From assembly GCA_050084515.1 (NCBI GenBank), contig CM114271.1:48484001-48548000 (forward strand): a DNA stretch of 64,000 nt. The letters are read 5' to 3'. The position numbers and the translations under genes are program-made. Position 1 is the first letter of the stretch, and each line of letters begins with the position of its first letter. Under the pieces are notes generated by a model. It did no database searches. It worked only from the letters and a program-made list of their open reading frames with translations, and was not told where the DNA came from. This stretch comes from Blasia pusilla. Lineage: Eukaryota. Shown here piece by piece: positions 27,028 through 39,998 of this stretch.

Positions 27028-29221
27028 TATCATGACCATACGGATTATGTCGTAGAGTATAGTGTGCTAGTAGAGGCCATACCTTATGTAGGGCCGTAGT
27101 GTCTAGGTAGAGATGCGGTTTCATACATAGGGTTGGGGGTTTCTCAGTTGAGGGTGACTTCTCCAATAGGGCCCGCTCTTAGGTTGGAGGATATAGTGTG
27201 GAGTGCACTCAAAGAATAGTTAGTTCTTTGAGTTGAGCGTGTTGCGTTGGGAGTTAGCCTTGGTAGTGAGTAGAGCTGTTGGCTATGGTGGTTCCCGCAA
27301 GCTTCGACGTGGATTCTCCCATTGTGGAGTGGGTTTGGCTCGATTGTATATGATTCTATACGTGTTTTATGATAGTAGGTCTTTCACGGATTTCACTCAA
27401 AGAACTAGAGTAGATCGATGGTAGCTTGGATTGTGGATCAGTAGCATCCGGTTATGGCTGATTGTGTACTCATCCGTGGATGTTCATGGCTTGTGGCCTA
27501 TGTTGGTTGGGAAAGAAGCGCCTTGCTGAGAGCTTTCCAACCCCCTTTAGATCGCCGGATTTTGTCAAGGGTGTTGGAAGTTATAAAGGATTGAAGATTT
27601 TGGTTCGTGTTCGACGGTTTTCTGATGTGGAGAGCTTGGAGTGCGGAAGCTCTGTTGAAGTTCATCCAGATCGGGTGAGAGGCTTCGAGGCAACTCATGA
27701 TAGCTTGGGGCGAGTGGGCATGAGAGGCGGAGTAAGGAGCAAGGAGCAAGCAAGCCAGCTTGCTTGCTTGGGCGTGAGGCAGTTTTAGCAGGATTTGTGA
27801 TTTGAGTGTTGCATAACTGGTCACCTTTGGGCTATTCTGCCTGAGTTCTTAACTATGTCAGTGTACACACTGGTGTAGCTCATTTGGTGTTGTTCGGAGA
27901 TGTGTTAGGCTCTTTATGCATCTCAGGTTTTTGGTTGATGGACCTGTAGCGCATAGTACGGTGTAGCCTCTCCATGTAGGTAATATTTTCAGGTGCTGCG
28001 AGTCCAACTAGCACGTCATCGACCCGCGGCGGAGTAGCTAGTGCATTAGAATTGTGTGGTGGGTTCTGTGGATTCAAGGGGCGCCACATTTGGTGGATTT
28101 TTTTACCTTGATTTCCATTTGCGATTGGAGGGTTGTCGTTGGACTTCTTGTGTTTGGATCCCCTCCATCGTTGCTTCTTGCTTGCGCGGCCATTGTTTGG
28201 GTTGACGCTGATTTCCAGAGTAGTGTTACTCTTGTGTGCTACCGGTAGTGAGGCTGGAGTGAAGACCAGTAGACCGTGGGAGGCTTCTTGTGGTGATGAC
28301 AGGTTAGGTTTCCTACACCCAGAGCTAGTAGAGCTAGAATAGTACAGCGACATCGACGTCACTTGGTTACTTAGTGGTGGTAATTTTTTGGTGGTGCGGC
28401 ATCGGCGTTGGTCATCATGGAGTTGTCTGGTGGTCTGGTTGGGGACCGTGGTGGAGACAGTGGTGGTTCTACACTGAGTGGATTGAGGTATCGGCTACCT
28501 TTTCCACTTCCGACGGCTGATGAAGAGGAGGACGAGGGTGTTCGAAATACCGAGTCTTCTACGTTGCTATCGAGTGTTGCAGCTCCATTGATTTAGGACA
28601 TGGACAGGATATATGGGGCCATGAAAGGCCCATGACAATACTCGGGTGTAGTGGGCACCATTGAGTTGGAGGACTTTATGCAGGAGTTTGATACGTGGTG
28701 TGATATGCAGATGTTGCGGAACGCCACGTTGTTTACACCCTTCTTGGCTTGGAAGGGGTTGTTTCAACACTTGGAGTGACCACTCATGGATGATTACCAT
28801 GAGTTTAGGAAGGACCATGTTGCTGAGATCGAGGCGTGGAGACAATATTGGTCTCCAGGCTATGTGTCTATCACCCATGGTGGTATTGGTAGTATTGCTC
28901 CTACTATGCCAGCCAGCCCGACGTTGAGTGGTACGAGTACGAGCCAAAGTGGGGGTACCAGTGGAGGTACCCATGGAGGTACCTATGGGGGTACTGGTGG
29001 AGGTACTAGTGCCCCACCATCGTTCAGCCCGGTTGCAGAGTTCTTCAAGAGGTTGAAGAAGAACTATCAGGGAGTGAAGATAGAGAAGTTGAGGAGTCTT
29101 TAGGAATTTGAGCGAAAGACTGGTGAGAGTCTTCATGAGGCATACATTTGTATGCAACGCTGATTTCAGTTACCCAGGGTGTGATTGAGGCTCAGGTAGT
29201 CCAGTTTTGGTATGGGATCTT
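27028..29221 (+). mobile_element. 5' part of a Gypsy-type element (repeat A1, long leader, gag N-terminus)
   Basis: A1 at 27028-27395 begins TATCATGACC. Gag motifs SGVVGTIELEDFMQEFDTWC, MDDYHEF and FFKRLKKNYQGVKIEKL lie at 28600-29221. Truncated by the opposite-strand copy starting at 29222. Confidence 0.85.
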
Positions 29222-32200
29222 TGTCGTGCAAATCCACATCGTCATACAACATACATCGCTGACATACCATACTCACATACATACATAACATAGACGAGAG
29301 CATCCACAAACACAAGTGTACCACAACTGAAATCCGTGAAAGACCTACTGTCATAAAACAAGTATAGAATCACATAAAATTGAGCCAAACCCACTCCACG
29401 ATGGGAGAATCCACGTCGAAGCTTGCGGGAACCACCATAGCCAACAACTCTACTCATTACTAAGGCTAACTCCCAACGCAACACGCTCAACTCAAAGAAC
29501 TAACTATTCTTTGAGTGCACTCCACACTATATCCTCCAACCTAAGAGCGGGCCCTACTAGAAAAGTCACCCTCAACTGAGTAACCCCCAACCCTATGTAT
29601 GAAACCGCATCTCTACCTAAACACTACGGCCCTACATAAGGTATGGCCTCTACTAGCACACCATACTCTACGACATAATCCGTATGGTCATGACAGTTAT
29701 CGTGCGAATCTACATCGTCATACAACATACATCGCTGACATACTATATTCACATACATACATAACATAGACGAGAGCATCCACAAACACATGTGTACCAC
29801 AACTTGCCCCCTAACTGGCGGTTAGGTCCCTCTAACTCCCTGGTAGCCCTATACATGTAGTACATGTTATACACCTTCTTGGGTGCATGAATCAGAAGGT
29901 CGGGTGCTAGGTTGCCCCATCGTTAGTCGCACATCTGTAATCCATATCATGCAAAGATCAAGTCATCTACCTCTCCTAAGTACATTGAGGACAAACCCAC
30001 CTTCCAGTAGGAACAACATCCATATGTGGAGTCAAACACATCATGTGCCAACCCCTAGAACACCGATCACACACCAACATACGGGTTGCGCTACCAGCAG
30101 ACCCACACAACATGCACCTCAAGCTAGCACGTATCATGGCTAAGCTTGGGTCAACAACACCATCCACATTTGGAAGATTACATGGCGCAAAATAACACAG
30201 ATGGTCCTTCCAAACAACTCCATCTCGACTCTTCAACATGAGAACTCCAAAAGCTAACACCTCGCGCACTAGTAAAATAGTGCGGCCTGTCGTCACATCC
30301 AACGTTGTCGGTGCAATCTGCTACAAATAGACATAGTCCCCCACATGGAACCTACAAATCGATGGTCGATAACCTCCACCTCGAATGGTTGCATACCACA
30401 ACGTATCCCTGTGTTGAGCAATGGCAAGGTTCTCAAAGACTGTTGGCATAACTCTCTGAAAGAGCTCTGCCCGCTGAGAACACATTCTCATCCACATCTC
30501 TGGGTCATCAAGGTTCACCACCTCACTAGACTCATGACGAATTGCTGCGGGCAAGTCTGGATCTCGGCCATATAACAGAAAATAAGGTGAGAAGGAAGCC
30601 AAGGATGCTTGGCGACTGAACCTATACCCCATGGCTAACCATGGCAACTGAATATCCCAGTCTCCAAGATGCCCCTTCTGTAGGCCATACTTGCACAATA
30701 CCCTCTTCACCGTCTGAATCACACGCTCAACCAAACCATCCGCCTCTGGATGATCTCGAGACGTGGTCCGATGATCAATCAACGCCTTGTCACACAAGAC
30801 TTGAAACTCACCCTGAAACTCCGTTCCTTGGTCGGTCAACACTTCAGCTGGTGCACCAAAATGACTAAGCACTCTATCAAGAAACGCATACGCCATTCCC
30901 TCACTTGCCTTGTCAGGTAATGCCACCAACTCAATCCACTTGGAGAAGTGCTCCACCATCACCAACACATATCGATGATGTCGTACAATCAACGGTAACG
31001 GTCTCGCAAAGTCCACACTCCAACGGTAACCCAACCCCATAATAGGCAAGGGGTGTAACTGTGGTGTAGGGGCATTGAATGATGCCCTCACCCGATCACA
31101 AACCATACAACATGACACCAACTGCTGCACCTGAGTATGCATGCCACGCCACCAATACTGACCAAGGAGTAAGCTATACGTACGCTTTACCCCAAAATGT
31201 CCCAACTCCTCATGGGCATGTCGCACAATGCGCTCTCTCTGAGCCAAATGCGGCACTACTCGTACTCTACCATCCTCCCACACACGGAGAATATGTGTTT
31301 CCTCCGATCGATACCTCTTAGCACGTTGAAGAACACAGTCTTGCCGTGGGGCCTCCTCTTCCTCGTGAGGTATGACAGCCTCACACCAAGCCTCCTTCAC
31401 TAGGCGATCAACCTCTTGCCGTAGTACACCGCTTGAACTCCAAAGTGGCACATCCAACGATGAGGATGCCACTACTGCAAAACTAGGGACTTCCTCTACC
31501 TCCTCATGCACAGGAGAATCCATAGCAGAAAGGTTACTCTCCAAAAAGTCTCCTGGCCAAGTGACTACTCCACAAAAACCAGCCATAGACGCTAACACCG
31601 TTGGAGAAGACCCTCTAGGTCGAACCTCATAAATAAATCTCACAGGAACCTAGCTCATACGTCAATCCTATGACTGCCAACCAGGTCTATAAGACGCTGT
31701 CTTAGTCCAGTAGTCCATCTGAAAACCCATTGGGTATAATACTGCTCCTCCAACTAGTACATCATATGACTCGGCTGATGTGACCACTGCAGGTACTCCC
31801 AACCGGGAGCTATCATTTGCATGATCTGGTCTTAACTGTACAGACAACTTCTCCCGTGTCATGAATTGAGACCTATCATTGGATCCTCCAAGTGATGTTT
31901 GAATCTGGAATGGGCAAGGCTCAAGCTCTGACCTCCGAATACCCAAACCAATACATGCCGCCTTTCCCAACATCAAAGGTTGGGCACCAGAATCTAACAA
32001 GACTCTATCTGATCTATACACCTGTCTTGTAGGACTCACCAATCGGAATATCCCACTCCGGTTGTCCAACATACATACACCAGGTGTAAGCGTCTCACGA
32101 TCAATGGCAGGCCGGGCTGGTAATGCATCCATCTTCGCCGCTGCTGCCTGCCAAGTAGCACTGGTACTCAATGCTACACCTGACATTGAGGGTCGCTCCA

Positions 32201-33480
32201 TCGCAACACCTTCATCCACCTCAACACGTGTAGCAGTAACACCCCCACGTTCACACAATGTGGCTACTAGCTGAAATATAGGAGCTAAGTCAACTCCTAA
32301 AGCCATCAGCTCCGTGTCCGAAAACAATGGGGATCCCAACACTGAAGTTGCCATCCGCAATACTGCACTGGATGCTGCATCTGTGTCTACTACACGCGAT
32401 GTAGATGCCTCAATCCCCATTGTCGACTCAATAGGCTCTGTAGGAACCATGGATGGAGTCCTAAGCACCTCAGACAACAAGAATGACTGGGGAAGCCTAG
32501 CGTGCCTCCCAGCCTCACCCCTCTGTGGGTCCAACTCCACAGTAGCACCACGTGGCTCTAACGCTCGAGTGGCTCCTCTCGTAATTGCAGCTGATGCCTC
32601 AACCTATGCTGCACTCGCCATATAAGAGAGATCATCCCCTCCATAAGAGATGGAAGCCCTTGCTCCCGAATCTGCTCTATGCTGGATACCAGCCATAGTA
32701 GCCAACTTCTGCTCCAATTGCTCAATCCTGGCAGCCATAGCTGACTCTGTCGTAGTGGTAGGGATGGCTACCGTAGGCTCTCCAACCACTCGTCCACCTC
32801 TACCATCCCTACCACCTCTACCACCTTGGCCTCTCGGAGCTACTCCACCAGGGCCGCGGCCTGATCTCAACTCTGGATGAAGATCAAAGCAACGCTCTCC
32901 CGCAATGATCACACTGAGTTGGGGCCGACTGAGGCCCATCCTCCAAAGTCCGTTTCCCATCCTCTTGGGGACAAAACCTCCTAACATGATCACCTCCACG
33001 TGTCCAACATGACTGTCCTTGCTGCGGGGCAAAAAATGAAGGCAATGGTCTCTACGCAAGTGTCCCTCTAGGACCTGACTGAGGTTGTGTGTACCCCCCA
33101 CGACTCCCACTACTACTACCACCACCACTACTACGAGACTGTGAGGTGGACTTCTGAACACGAGAAGTAGTAGTTGTATCCCTATTGAATGTGGATGTCA
33201 ACACTCTCTCCTCCACCATGTTAAGCTCAATCTTCTCAGATAGAGCAAACACATGGGTCAATGTGGGTGAATCATCACTCATAAGAGTAGCATCAGGTAC
33301 ACTGCGGCGCAACTCTCTGTCCAAGATCCCATACCAAAAATGGACTGCCTGAGCCTCAGTCATACCATGGGTAATTGAAATCAAGTGTCGCATACAAGTG
33401 TATGCCTCACAAAGACTCTCACCAGTCTCTCGCTCAAATTCCTGAAGATTCCTCAACTTCTCTGTCTTCACTCCTTGATA
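29222..33480 (-). mobile_element. Internally deleted Gypsy-type element: gag-PR fused to integrase-PHD, ending in B1-A2-B2
   Basis: Gag 33052-33480; PR VLLDSGAQPLMLG (31668-32540). The integrase has an H2C2 finger and DDE (WSVDF, LTDQGTEF, GLVER) in 30321-31643. An intact PHD CMLC..CDRC..HMMC..WVCPQC lies in 29976-30302. B1 29698-29803, A2 29328-29695, B2 29222-29328. No RT or RNase H. Confidence 0.9.
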
Positions 33481-36400
33481 GTAAGTGAACCACATTCGGG
33501 CCTAAAGTTACCTTCTTTTTCCAGGCTTGCAAGAACAAGTAGACATCATAAGACCACTACAAACATCCTTCCATCACTCTCCATTTGAGCCCAATTTTCT
33601 TCACATTGCCTGTCTAAGCCAGCTCTACAGTAAGCCGGGCTGAGGGGTATTAATGTCGGAGGATTATCAGCAGATAATTTGAACCAAAGTAGCAATTTCA
33701 TCTCAATGAAAAGTTCAAAACAAGACTCTAACTATTGTCTCAATAGACTCCTATGCCCTTCAAGGTTTAACTACTTAGAAGATGTGGTTGACATTATGGA
33801 TTGTTGACTCTTCTTGCATTAAATATCCCATCCGGTCAATACTCATCCATGAGGAGGTTTTCCACAATAGAAAAAATTCACTCATCACTCATGGTAGCCA
33901 AAGACTTTCATGATATCATTGGATGATGTTGGCTCATGAATGGGTGCATAAAGTATGAAAGACAACTTGGTTTCACCATTCTCTCAGCCATTGAGAAATG
34001 TATGCATCAAGAAGAAAATATGATGAGACTAAGAGGACAATTGAACCAAAAGGTTGATAGCTATCAAGAGTAAAGAGGAATTGATGCACCCATGTCCCTT
34101 CATTCAGACCCTAAATGTCAGAATCTGACAAGTTGCACCCCTTCCAACCCGTCGGAATCCGACAGGTTGCAACTCTTGCAACCCGTCGAAATCCGATGGG
34201 TTGCACCACTTGCAAGCAAGCACACCACAACAAAAGAAGGATCTTGAGAAGTGATTCCATTCCATCCTACAACCCATGAGAATCTGTCTGGTTGGGAATC
34301 TGACATAAGAATCCGATAGGTAGTAGGAATCCAACACGTCTTTGAAATACCGTGTTAGAGGAGAATGGTGTGATGATAATGGGGGAACGAGGCAAAAGTG
34401 AAAAATCCTCCCAAAATGCCTGAAAAGTTGGACTAGCAAGAAAAGAGTGGGATCACTCAAGCAGCCAACCTATCGGAATCCGACAAGTTTCCTGCAAGGG
34501 GTTTAAAATATTGTGACAAGTTGCAACCCGTTGGAATCCGACGGGTTGCAAAATAAACAGCCTCCAGTAGATAGACCAACACAATCGACAAGAACAAAAA
34601 ATAAAATTCAGCAGAAGTTTGCAAAAACCTCATGGTTCAAAAACTTTGTGTCCTTTATTATATCCGAGGGAAGCTCGGAAATGTACATTTGATCTAGTCT
34701 ATGATTTCTTCAGCCTCATCATATATAAATTTACTCCTAACTCTCCTAGATTCCTATACAAAAGGAATGTCTTGGGATACAAGTGGCTCCTCTGGCCGAT
34801 AGTAGACGGGTATTGAAAATGTTGGGGAATTCGAGAGCCTTGGCCCCCCTTGGTACACCATAACGGTCCCATGTAACATGATTTGAGTCCCAACACCTTC
34901 CTCGGTAGTAAATCTTGTATGCTCTGCAAGGTGACACCCATCTAGTATCAATATGTGCTCCGTCCTTGGAAAGCACTAAATCCCTTCTCCAAAACGCTTC
35001 AATCAAGATGGGTCCAATAAATCTTTGAACTCACTCGTCATCGTCCGATAGCTCTTCCAGAATTACTCTCGGCTTTGCCCTCCCGATTTTTGGAATAGTA
35101 GGAAGTGACAATGGTGTCACTATCAATGCTGGTTCTAGAACCGAGCTCTCAACTTTGGAGGAGAGTTGTATACTCCCACTAGCCTCTCATAATCCACCTT
35201 TGCCTCTTTGCAAAGGTCAAAAAGTTCCGGCCTTCCCTCAAGGGAGAGTATATTTATAGAAGAGAATTCATCGGCCAATGTGCCAGGCACCTCTAATAGG
35301 CCCCTAATAGGCCCACTAAGTCAAAGACCAAGTCACCCGGCCTTGAACAGAGCTCGATGAGCATTTGCATCAAGGCAGGTGAATTTTCCCTTGCTCCAAG
35401 TAAGGGGGTCCCGTCTTGCATGTAAATTCCAGCGAGGGGATTTTGGAGACTATCTAAGTTGTACCCATCGGAGCATGGATCCACTAGATCCGGGATCTGG
35501 AACACCTGGAAGTTGTGCTCGGGCCTTACAAAGCAGTAGACAAATGAGTGGTCCATCTGTAAACAAGCAGGTAAAAAATAATGTCGGCAAAAAGAAAAAG
35601 CTAGTAGATCCTAAGCTACTCTCCATAAAGTGACACAAAGTGCAAACCGTCGGGATCCGACGGGTTGCTTTTCAACCCGTCATACTAGTCCATACTAATT
35701 ACCAACTCGTCCGAACTTGGCCTATAGGCTTGATAGATAACGACCTGTCGGAGTCCGACGGGTTGTCTTACAACTATAACCCCTTTTTGGCCATAAGCAA
35801 CCCGTCGGAAGCCGACAAGTTGCTCATCTTGCTGGACAGAACCTCCACCGTTTCGAGTGCCATGGTTGGCTTACAACTGAATACAATTGTTCAGAGTTGA
35901 GAAGTTCCTAATATAAGAGCAACTCGTCACTTTCAGACGGGTTGCATCAATCTAGAAACACGGGGAAAAGCAGTGCTAATTGCAATCCGTCAGAACCCGA
36001 CGGGTTGCAGTCAATGGAGACTTGTTGGTGAATTTGCAACCCGTCGCTTTCAGACGGATTGCAACACCGCAGACACAAGCTGTTGGGATCCAACGGGTTG
36101 CATGCATAGATGCAACCCCTTGGAGCCCGACAGGTTGAATTTCAGTTAAACTAAATTCGTATAATAAGGGGACTTACCCGAACTTGACTCGTCGCCGATC
36201 GCAGTGGATACTCATTTTTAATTACCCATGATTGCATCGTCCTCCACTTCAGTGACCTCTTCACGCACTAAAGGTTGAAGAGCTTGTCTTCGCTCCGTCC
36301 AGTGAGGACCAAGAAACAACCCTTGTCACTCAGATATGCGTTGGCAAAAGAAACAGCAGCGCGATGTGGTCGTACGAAAGCGGGACATTCCAGTATGGGA

Positions 36401-37353
36401 CAGTGTCAGACGGATTGTTGTCCCACAAGCAAAACCCAGAAGGAAAATCCGCAATGAGGAGGTCCACCGCCACCTCCTCAACCACCCCATGCACCGTCTA
36501 AGGGGCGTACCCGTTTTGAAGGAGTTTTCGTCCCAGCACGGTCAATTTGTCGATGGCAGGTATCGACTCCTGAGAACTGAAACTCTGCAGCTCATCGACA
36601 AGATGAGTCAAGTGAACAAGTTTATTTGTCCAAGTGGTTGTTTCCCTATGCCTGCCAAAGGGTGATGGAGTGTATTCCACATCCTTATCTCCTCCCTCGG
36701 ACGAACCATGCGCCTCCCGCTTTCGCTTCTCCCGAGTCTGCTTTCGACTTGTGGGAGTCTCTGTTACCTCAGACTCCACAGGAGTTTTCTTGGACGAGGA
36801 CCTGGTCCAGCCATCTCGCCCCGCTTTCCCGGACGATTCCGCCTCTTGCCTTCAGGACTCAACCTCTTTTCTAGAAGACTCCGACTCAGAATTCCTCAAT
36901 CCCCTCGCCTTCCTCAAACCCGCTCTGGATTTGTCTTTGGCGGTGACAACCTTGCCCACCAACTTTGCTCTCTCAAGGGCTTGCTCCTCCGCATCTCCTT
37001 CGAAAAATATTATCAGGTTGCATGAAGTTTGGAATGTCGTCCCTACCTGCAACCACTACATCATACACCACGGGTAGATTTTTTTCTGTAATGTCCTCTG
37101 GGTTGTTGAAGTCCAACCAGATTTGACAATTATTAACCTCCCAGTCAGACATGCCTTGTGCCATCTCCATGTCATATATGGAGAATGCCTCTCCATCAGG
37201 CAGAGAAGCCTATAATTTGCAAGCTGCAATTAATTTTTCAGTACTTGCATTCTTACAATTGATGAGGTACTTGTACACCATCCGCTGGGCAGCTCTTTGT
37301 CGAGATAAAGATCCCGCTTCTTCTTTGCAAAATCCCCTTTTTGGCATCTATTA
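33481..37353 (-). mobile_element. Partial copy 1 of the Mutator-like element: subterminal region and 3' exons of the methyltransferase-fold gene
   Basis: Colinear with ~40146-42450 of copy 2 and contains the 31-bp palindromes. Cut at 37354 by a Gypsy insertion. Confidence 0.8.
35031..37340 (-). pseudogene. C-terminal exons of an N6-adenine/N4-cytosine (beta-class-like) DNA methyltransferase-fold protein
   Basis: VDLLIADFPSG (DPPY-like motif IV, ~36435-36467) is followed by YWN, then AYLSDKGCFLVL (LKxGG-like, ~36305-36340), then ENSPALMQMLIELCSRPGDLVFDLVGLLG (motifs X-I, ~35300-35390). Palindrome-rich intervals behave as introns. Stops and frameshifts are present. Confidence 0.62.
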
Positions 37354-39998
37354 TGTCGTGCGCATACACATCGCTACACAACATACATCGCTGTCACCGA
37401 ACACACACACAATCCCATGCTAACTCATGGCTTCCAAACAACGAGACAAGAAGTACTAAAATATCTCCAATCGCCCCCCTAGTTGGTGGAAAGGTCCCTC
37501 TAACTCCAGATAGCCTTCTACCATTGCGTCCCTCCAGCAAGAGAACACCGGATGGCAAAACATTACGCACTCTCATGATAGTGCGCCCTGCAGTCACATC
37601 CAACATCGTCGGTGCCGTCTGCTGCAAGTAGACATAATCTCCATGATGAAACCTCCAAATAGTTGGTCGATAACCACCACCCCGAATAGTCGCATACCTC
37701 AACGTGTCCCGATGCTACGCAATCGCCAAGTTCTCAAACTCCGTGGGCATCACTCTCCAAAACAACTCAGCCCTCTGAGAACATGCTCGCATCCATACAT
37801 CTGGGTCATCAAGGTCCAGCACCTCACCAGCATCTCGACGAATGGCCGCACGTAAATCTGGCTCTTGGCCATAAAGTAGCAAGTACGGTGAAAAAGACGC
37901 TAAGGATGCCTGCCTACTGAATCTGTATCCCATCCCCAACTAGGGCAACTAGAGGTCCCAATCTCCTAAGTGACCTCTCTGCAAGCCATACTTGCGTAAA
38001 CCCCTCTTCACCATCTGCACAACTCTCTCCGCTAATCCATCTGCCTCAGGATGACCTCGCAAAGTCGTGCAATGGTCGATCAGCGCCTGATCACACAAGG
38101 CCTGGAACTCACCGCGAAACTCGGTACCGGGGTCTATCAACACCTCAGACGGTGTGCCATAATGACTCAGCACTCTGTCAAGGAAGGCATAAGCTACTCC
38201 CTCACTCGCTTTGTCAGGAAATGCAACCAACTCAATCCACTCCGAGAAGTGCTCAATCATCACCAACACATAACAACTGTGACGCTCCATCAAAGGCAAA
38301 GGTCATGCAAAATCCAAACTCCATCTATACCCTAAGCCCATGATTGGTAATGGATGCAACTGTGGAGTTGGAGCATTGAACAATGTTCGGACCCGATCAC
38401 ACACCATACACCTGGCAACAAACTGCTGAACGTCAATCTGCATGCCTCGCCACCAATACTGAATCTTGAGCAAGCTATACAACGGCTTCACCCCAAAGTG
38501 ACCCAACTCCTCCTGGGCATGCTGCACTAGTCATGCTCTCTACAAAGGATGCGGCACTACGCGTACTCTGCCATCCTCCTAAACCCTCAAAACATATGTA
38601 CTGAATCCCCAACGGAACCGTCTGGCCCATTGTAGGATTTGATCCCGCTATCTAGCATCCACGGTGCTCGCAAGGCTGCAAGTCCGAAGGTACTCCAAGA
38701 CTACTCCATCATCATGAATATCTCGACCATCTGTCGTCTCCCCACTCGTCTCGGGATCCAAGGACTCTCCACTAGACCTCGCCATCGAAGTCTCCACACT
38801 CTGGCTCTCCATAGCCAACATGCCTAAATAGGTTGACGCGTGCCATCCTAGCACCGACTCCTCATCACTCTCTCCATGCCATCGAGCTCAAGTCGCATCT
38901 CGCTGACTCGAGCATGGGTTGCGACTCAACCCATCTGCATCCTGGTTGAGCGTCCCACGTCTATGTACCACATGAAAATCATACTCCTGCAACAATAGAG
39001 CCCATCTCGCAAGCTTCCTTGTAAGCTTGTTGGACTCCATCAACCACTTCAATGGTTGATGATCAGTGATGATGGTAAAGGGATTTCCGAATAAAGTAAC
39101 ACCTGAAATGCGCGACAGCCCACACCGCAGCCAAGCACTCATCCTCATACGAGCTATACTTTGCCTATGTAATATTGTTTGAATGGCTAGCGTAAGCCAC
39201 CACAAACTCTCTACCCTCATCATCATGCTAGGTGAGCACCGCTCCAAGCCCCAACATGCTCCAATCTGTGTGCAACTGGAAAGGACGCCCCCTCATTGGT
39301 CTCCTCAAGATGGGCGCGGATGTCAACATGTCCTTGAGCAACTCAAATGCTTGCTCTTGCTCATCCCCCTAGTGCCACTCGTGATCCACCTTGGTCAGCA
39401 AGGTCAACGCCTTCGCAATCAAACTAAATCCCTTGACGTATTGCCGATAGAAATTTGCCAATCCCATGAATGCCCGAACACGACTCACATCTGTAGGGCA
39501 TGGAATATGTGAGATAGCATCTACCTTTGTCTACTGAACACCAAGGCCCCCTGGGTATATTGTATGACCCAAGTACTCAATCTGGTCGTAGAAGAACTTG
39601 CACTTGTCTGGATGTAGCTTCAGCCCGTGTAATTGCAATCGTCGAAACACCTCCTCTAGATGTCGCTCATGCTCCTCAACCGTGGCGCTAAAGACTACGA
39701 TGTCATCAATATAACACCTAGAAAAATCCAGACCAGCCAAGGTCCTATCCATGACCCTCTGAAACTCAGCCGGGGCGTTCTTTAACCCAAATGGTAGGAA
39801 CCGCCAATGGTACAAATAATCCTTCTCGTGAGGATCGATGCCCCAAAATGTCGTCTTCTGCCTGTCTTCCAATCTGATAGGCAACTGATGGTATCCGGCT
39901 CATAAATCCAATGAATTGAAAACCTTTGCATGACCAATCGCATCAAAGATCTCCTCAAGGGTGGGCATGGCATACCTATCAGACTTCGTCTGTCGATT
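37354..39998 (-). mobile_element. Gypsy-type fragment RT-RNase H-integrase ending in a single B repeat (PHD deleted)
   Basis: RT LPFGLKNAPAEFQ/CYIDD (39531-39884), RNase H ITDHQPLKWL..NQDADGLSR, and integrase fragments at 37715-38527. G-tract ~37472-37485; the terminus begins TGTCGTGCGCATAC at 37354. Confidence 0.9.
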
